64,000 nt of DNA. It comes from Diadema antillarum. Lineage: Eukaryota. The position numbers and the translations under genes are program-made. The DNA lies in NCBI RefSeq assembly GCF_040938485.1, contig NW_027271433.1:1674001-1738000 (forward strand), in the 5' to 3' direction. Below are positions 57,529-64,000 of the stretch, in pieces; the stretch's first letter is position 1; the number at the start of each line of letters is the position of its first letter. The notes beneath the pieces were generated by a model, which saw nothing but the letters and a program-made list of their open reading frames with translations, was not told the origin of the DNA and ran no database searches.

Positions 57529-60183
57529 GTAAAGATGACGCAGAGATTTTGTGATAATTACTGGTGTGCTCCGAACAGAGCATAGGCCTAATGTGTTGTC
57601 CAAGCTGGCGACTAATACGCTTTGAATGACAGCCCCCCCCCCCCTCTCGCTTGTAAAGTACATTATCATGGCACATCGATAGGGGTAAAACGTTCCCCGT
57701 ATTATGATAACAATGCACGCCTTGTTATAATTGTAATGTTCATTGCTTAGTTCGTTGATGTGCAATCATTTTGTTCATGTTCATGTTTTTGACATTGCAA
57801 TGACGATAAGTAGATTTATTCGGACAAGGCCCCTTCAGACGTTGTCACTTTCTAACGCATTGATGCCACCATGAAATGTAGATGTCATTCCATGTTCAAT
57901 TTTCAGTTTGATGATCACGGTACAATATTAAACAGAATGGTAGAAACCTGATTAAACTCCTACATGAAAATGCTACAGACAGGGAATTTTAAGTTTTCAC
58001 ATATTTTATTCACGAAATGAGATATGCGTGATAACCACTCTCTGCAAAATCAATGAGGCGACGGCGGGGTTGCTTCACGACTCCCCCAACAAATCATTTA
58101 AATCCAAATTCAAAGTCAGATTTATTTAGAGTTTTCTGCATTGAACTTATCACAAATAAAATAGTTTTTTTTTTCAAATTTAAAAAAGCACAAAACAACA
58201 AGACATATAATCGGTACATGTAAATAACTATTATAATACAATATAGTACAATAGTCTGATAACAAAATGGAAATACACGTTAGTTTTGAGCTATCCAGGA
58301 AGGATAAATAAATGGTGATCTGACTTAATCATGGTAGAATTTAGAGGTGGGATAGAAATGCAGAAGGCTGTCATGAATTAAAAAAATACAGCTTAAAGAG
58401 ACGACAGTCCGAAAATTTTACAATGCCATTCGAAATGACATTATCAATTAGGAAAAGGATGTTTTTGGTTGATGCTTCAATGTAGCTACGTTTCCCTTCA
58501 AGAATCATTGCTAACTAATCACCTTGTCTGACTTGTATAAGTTTATAGTGACTCGTGTTACACTATCACTTACTGTCAAACGTTACATAAGATCTAGGGT
58601 GGCATTCCACTTCAAGTCCTAAGTGCAAATCTGCATAATTTCTCACAAACTGCATGGTCTGAAGGAGCTGAACCCACAAAACCATATTCCGATTGCGAAA
58701 AATAACATCTTCTCTCCTTAATCATTGGTAATAGCTGTCCCTTTTGTGAACCACGCTTTCTATGCTGTCGAAATTCCTAGCGTAACTCATAGACAATTCT
58801 TTCTATGTAGAAACCGAAGAACGAACAAGCACTTGCAGATAAAGTGCCAGATTGTGGTGACAACTTTCAAGAAATGCTACTCTTCATTCTAGCACTATGT
58901 ATTGAATGCTTCGAATTATGAAATACTATAATGTCCTTGTCATCTTCCTCCTCTCACTTCTTTCTTCTTGCTCTTGTTTTCTTGTTGTTGTTGTCGTCGT
59001 CGCCGTCGTTGTTGTTGTTGTTGCTGCTGTTGTTGTTGAATATGATGTTGTTATTCATTGGGGTTTTTTTCCCCTTCTTCTCTTCGTATTTTCTCATTTT
59101 TTTTTTATTTCCTTTTTCTGCACTGTTTAATGATATATCACCTATATATACCGAGGCCTAACTGGAGTTTATTCTTGGTCGTGTGCGTGCAACCATCAGG
59201 CACTGTCGGGCACCACTACTATACCATTTTTGTAACACTGTTTTGGGCGCGGTATTTAGCACTGTCTTAAGAACTATATACAAGTGTTGCTGTAATACTG
59301 GTGTACTCATAATTCTTATTCAAGTCAATAACGCGGATCATCATGCGGAGCACATGCACACTGTAGAAGATGCAGCCTATACGCTTGATATTGCCGCCAC
59401 TCTCAACATCGTTGATTGTCGATATGTCTAAAGCGTGTCTTCACTACCAGCAAGAGCTAATACCAGCACATTTTCTGGCTCTTTATTTTTCCTTCCTGTT
59501 TTGCCTTCTGTCATTTTGTTGTCTTGCTATAGTCTCTCCCACCCATCGCGTGATCTTTGGTAATGAACAATAAACCAAAATCAAAATTTATGAGATAAAC
59601 TGACTTTTTGAATCAAAACGGTAAAAAGAGAAAGAAATAAAAAGAATCACCATGCAGGGAGGTTACTTCAAGACGTTGTAAGTTTAGACAAAGTCACTAT
59701 CCGTGCGATCACCTCCCCCCCCCCCCCCCCCCCCCCATTCAACTTTAGTTGAAAATAAAATGTAGATTCTAAAAGGATCTAACTGATCGTCGATTTCCGG
59801 AGCATTTCTTGTGGCTTTAGTAACAAAACATAAAATCATCATTCCCTCTGCATGTCCTGCCAAACAGCCAAAGGTCGTGTGAAGATGGAGATACGTGGAG
59901 TGAAATGAATGAACATACCAAACGCTGAGTTGACGTCGAACTTTGACAGTGCCTTAGCTGTGGTTATAATTCCTAGTTTGAAATGGGAAACGATAGTGCT
60001 GACAGGGTAGGTTTGCAGAAGATGATTTTAAGAGGAAAATGAATAGAAAGATATCTAGACACGAGAGGGAGACATGACAGCACGTATCTTAAAAAAAAAA
60101 AAGAATTATAGATGTCAAGGACATTGACAAAGACATGGTAGATACAGACAGACAAACATACGGAGAAGAAGAGGGGTTGCCAA

Positions 60184-60216
<33 letters not shown>

Positions 60217-61485
60217 CAGGAAATAGCTGGACATGAACTCTTGTAATTATAATGATACACACAAGGACGAGTACATTAATCTGAAAGGCGTATACATTTT
60301 GATACCAGCAACAAAGATTTTCACTTACATACTTTGCGGTAATCAGTCATTAGAACTTATAGGCGATTGCGAGACAAGTCTCGATATGAATACATAATAT
60401 TAATGGATAAATGAATATGCGAATGATTTAATGAATGAAAGTAAAGAATTAATGGATACAAATAGATGCAATGTTCAATCATACGAGATCCATAAGGATG
60501 GCAGGCCTACACTTAGGGTCCAACAATAAACCAGTTCGGAGTTCCACTTTGCGCATGAGCAGATAGAAGGTTATTTGTACCAAAAGGGCATGTTGGATTT
60601 TAACTTCATTATATCACATGATCATAATGACTGTGCCTGGTATTCTTATAGATGGTACGGCAATTCTGCATTTGGCAATATTAATAGAAAGAGTACCGGG
60701 ATGTTAAACATTTAATGCAAAATAATACAATGAGTGCTCCCCCAAGAATTAATTGACGGACCATTCTAGTCACCTGGTCTACGCAGGCTCGATCATTCTT
60801 TGTTTAAACAGTATTAATGAATTCCATGCTACGTTGGGCAAGGTTATGCATTTTGTAGCTTTAAAAACGGGTGAAGTGCCTAACCAACTGAGAAAAAAAA
60901 GAAAGGTAAATTGTACCATTGTACACATAAGCTAACACCGAACTAGTTTATGACACGATGCTAAATATCAAACCCCCGACATCATGCTCCTGACGCCATG
61001 TTTCATGTACATTCTGTGCTGAGCTATTGAATATTTTACCTTATTATTCTTGCCTGTTCAAACTACATCCAAAATGCCCTTTCATGTTGTTTTATTTCAT
61101 TCTCAATGTCGTCATATTGCAAACTAATGGGACAGATACAGAAAGTTCGTTGAAAAAGGAAGGACGCATAATATGGAGAATAAAGGAAGTTTTTTTAATA
61201 AGGAAACAAACAAACAAACAAACAAACAAACGAACGAACAAAAAGCATTATAATTAAACCCTTCAAATTGACACTTATTGCAAATGAATAAAATAAACAG
61301 ACCGAAGGAAATTGTACATAATGATATTTAACTACAGAATGAAAGAAGGAAAAGGTATGTACAAAGAAAAAATAGTTTTCGACCACTTGAAGAATGGTAA
61401 GTCAGTTAACACGACGTCATTTCTCATCACAGCTAACAAGACTTGTTTAACAAGACTTGTTTAACAAGGCCAACATTTTCACCAA

Positions 61486-61675
61486 GGGACCTATACATTA
61501 TAAGCTCTGCCTTTTAGTGGGTCCCCCACATTTCATGTTCGTAAAATTGTCTTCTCTTGTCTTCTTTTTAATTACGACGCTATGTCTAGTCTTATGTTCA
61601 ATCGATTGTATCATGTTATTTGTGTTTGAGATGTGGAAAAATAAAATCGAGTCAAATCAAAATAAAAATCAAAGC
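61486..61675 (+). mobile_element. 3' end of a non-LTR retroelement in SLC10 intron 3
   Basis: Stem GGGACC/GGTCCC (61486-61525) with a loop homologous to the 290-333 hairpin, then AATAAA and an AATCA-like tail just before the exon 4 acceptor. Confidence 0.55.
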
Positions 61676-61716
61676 TAGTTATTTTACTGTACTCCCACTG
61701 CTCTGATTCCCGACAG

Positions 61717-62142
61717 CCGTGCAGTCTGGTGGGGTTCATCGGCATTATCTGCAGCATCGCGATCATCAGCGTGATGAACCCGCGCCTCTACAGCTCCCAC
61801 TGGACCATCTGGATCGGCGCGATGGCCCTCTCGTGGTGCGGCTTCGCTGCCGGCTACCTCCTCAGCCTCCTGTGCCGCCAGAGCCACTCGCAGTGCCGCA
61901 CTGTCGGCTTCGAGACCGGCGTCCAGAACGTCGGACTCTGCTACGCCATCATCTCATTTGCTTTCAAGGGCACGCCTCTTTTCATCCGCATGCTAACTTT
62001 TCCCGCCCTGTTCGGTCCGCTCAGCATCTTCATGGGATTCGGCATCACGGCCATCTACAAGTTGTACGAGCGCTGTCATCCCCATGACAACGAAAAGGAG
62101 GAGAAGGACGAGAAAATTGCATCCGATGAAGAAGCCGTGTAG
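61717..62142 (+). CDS. SLC10A2-like: SLC10A-family gene, exon 4 (…CRTVGFETGVQNVGLC…DEEAV*)
   Basis: CGACAG acceptor, phase 0, stop TAG at 62140-42. Contains the Na+-site motif ETGxQN. The four exons total 1035 nt, or 344 aa. Confidence 0.93.
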   Translation, partial: PCSLVGFIGIICSIAIISVMNPRLYSSHWTIWIGAMALSWCGFAAGYLLSLLCRQSHSQCRTVGFETGVQNVGLCYAIISFAFKGTPLFIRMLTFPALFGPLSIFMGFGITAIYKLYERCHPHDNEKEEKDEKIASDEEAV

Positions 62143-63549
62143 ATACAGTACATTGGAAAGGACCGTTGCGCTATTTCCGGTTTCCTTCTTTATTGCTCTT
62201 TGCATCTTCCTCTTTTTATAGCACATGAATATTTCCGGGTCATCTAATGTAGAGAGGATGATTAAGATGAATTTAAAAAAAGACGAAAAAAAAAAACCAC
62301 CTGTTAACCCAGTTAGGATTACTTGCCATTGATACTGTATATGTGACTTTGTATGAGGGAAGGCGTTCATAAATCTTAGGATAAATGAAACTTCGCATTA
62401 TCGTACCTTTGGCCTATCAAATGATGTAAAACCTTGTTTGTCCCAAAGTGTGATTGTGCGTGGGTTCTGTGTGAATTGATTCCTTAATGTACATACATGA
62501 ATGTTTCGACTTTCCTGTCTACACAGTCTACGTTTACGTGTTCCGAAACAACCGTAAATATTGTTTACCGGAGTAATTTTTATCCTGACATTTCGAATAC
62601 AATAATCATCTGAAACATTGTTATAACCTTGGCCTAAACATCACTGCTGATATCCACAGAGACATTAGTGACGTTTTCCTATTATAGTGTATTCAAATTT
62701 TGAACATGAACCAACTTTACAAACACCTCCCGTCACAACCTCTGGTACACGTTCTCGATAAACTTTGGTGTAAGTTTGTGTGGCAACGATCGGAAAAAAG
62801 ATAGAGAGAAAAGACAACAATATGTCATTTGTCCCATCTCTTAAAACATCTGAAGTGCATTCTAACTTCTCCAGTGGGAAGCATTTGCTTCTCTTAACTG
62901 GATTAAAAAAAAAACAGAGAGAAAAAAAAACCACTCTAATAAATTTGAAAACATGGTAAAACTGTCTCGAAGAGACAAAATTTGAGTTTGAACTTGGAAG
63001 ATGATGGAAAGCTGGTTAAATCGTCGCTTATCTTCGAGGTGAGCAGTCTTGGCGGTGCAAGGAATAGGTCAGGGTTGCCACGATGTTGTTCCAAACTCTC
63101 AGATGCTGCAAAGCGTATCATTAATGTTAAATTAGATAAGCCAAACTCCCAACTACACTTTTAGGTATTACGACGGTTCGTGAAGTGTTCAATAATGTAC
63201 TCCAAGACAGGAATGACTACTGTCTGGGAAACAGCTTAACGTTTTTTTTTTTTTCATTGTCTATTAAAGCGCCGGTTGTGCATGTGTTTCCGAAGCGGTT
63301 GTCGCCTGTAGGATCGGCTAAAGTCTTTCTTTTTGCATATGCTGGAGAGCGATTAATGGCACTGCCCAGTGATTCTTCAATGCTGCCATCAACGGTCATG
63401 ACCACAGGTCGAGTAACGGGTTTCTGTTTACTGTAATGTACTAGATACCGTACGACGATATTTAATATCACAGTACGTATATATAGCGTAATATCTATGT
63501 ATCAAAACAAGGTTATATATGCCTACATAATAATTCGTATTCATTATCG

Positions 63550-63616
63550 TCTTCTTTTTCTTCTTCTTCTCCTTCTTCTTCTTCTTCTTCTTCTTCTTCT
63601 TCTTCTTCTTCTCTTC
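63550..63616. repeat. (CTT)n microsatellite
   Basis: Tandem CTT units. Confidence 0.95.
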
Positions 63617-64000
63617 AAGGATCATCATTTTCCTTTTACATGTACTTTTACTTTTATTACTCTTAAGGAATTTTTTTTTTTTTTTTTGCCTGATGTAGTA
63701 TTTTGGAGAAGACTTGCCTAGATTTCTTCATTCGGTGAATACCAAGAGAGTATTTCAATTGCATCGAAAATATTGTAGTCCGATACTCGTTTGACAAATG
63801 TTCTTTATTGCAACCACAAGTGTAATTCAATATCAGCAATGCAGAGTTGCGAAATAAAGTTAGTTATAGGGTGATATCATTAGAATCAGTGATAAGGACA
63901 ATTGAAATAGACTATAAGTCTATGTTTAGTCGTCAGAAAGAGATTTTCCGTGGAAAAACTCGAAACAGAACAACGGACGATGTTTGCCAACGAGACAATA

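Overview
Eukaryotic (animal) genomic window: AT-rich, rich in microsatellites and MITEs. An echinoderm such as a sea urchin is plausible, but that is inference from gene structure and repeat style only. Two spliced protein-coding genes lie on the + strand. (1) A Prdm3/16 gene (MECOM/EVI1-PRDM16/hamlet family). Exons 26319-26453, 29258-29360, 31182-31310 and one very large terminal exon 32377-35210 join in frame to 1066 aa. They encode the C-terminal half of the PR/SET domain, 6 N-terminal and 3 C-terminal zinc fingers, two CtBP motifs and an acidic tail. No convincing exon for the N-terminal half of the PR domain was found, so 1-26 kb is probably a large regulatory intron; it holds candidate alternative first exons at 7973-7999 and 22698-22700. 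(2) A 4-exon SLC10A-family sodium/bile-acid symporter-like gene (54961-62142, 344 aa) with a TATA box. The rest is non-autonomous DNA transposons (TA-flanked, piggyBac-, Kolobok-, Harbinger-, hAT- and CACTA-like), CR1/L2 LINE fragments, simple repeats and a 230-N gap. No CRISPR array, rRNA or intact tRNA was seen, and no clearly new biological system can be demonstrated from sequence alone. The best leads are an internal Met-only first exon that would give a PR-truncated EVI1-like isoform, the intronless 2.8 kb zinc-finger exon, and a covarying 3'-end hairpin shared by four LINE-like tails.
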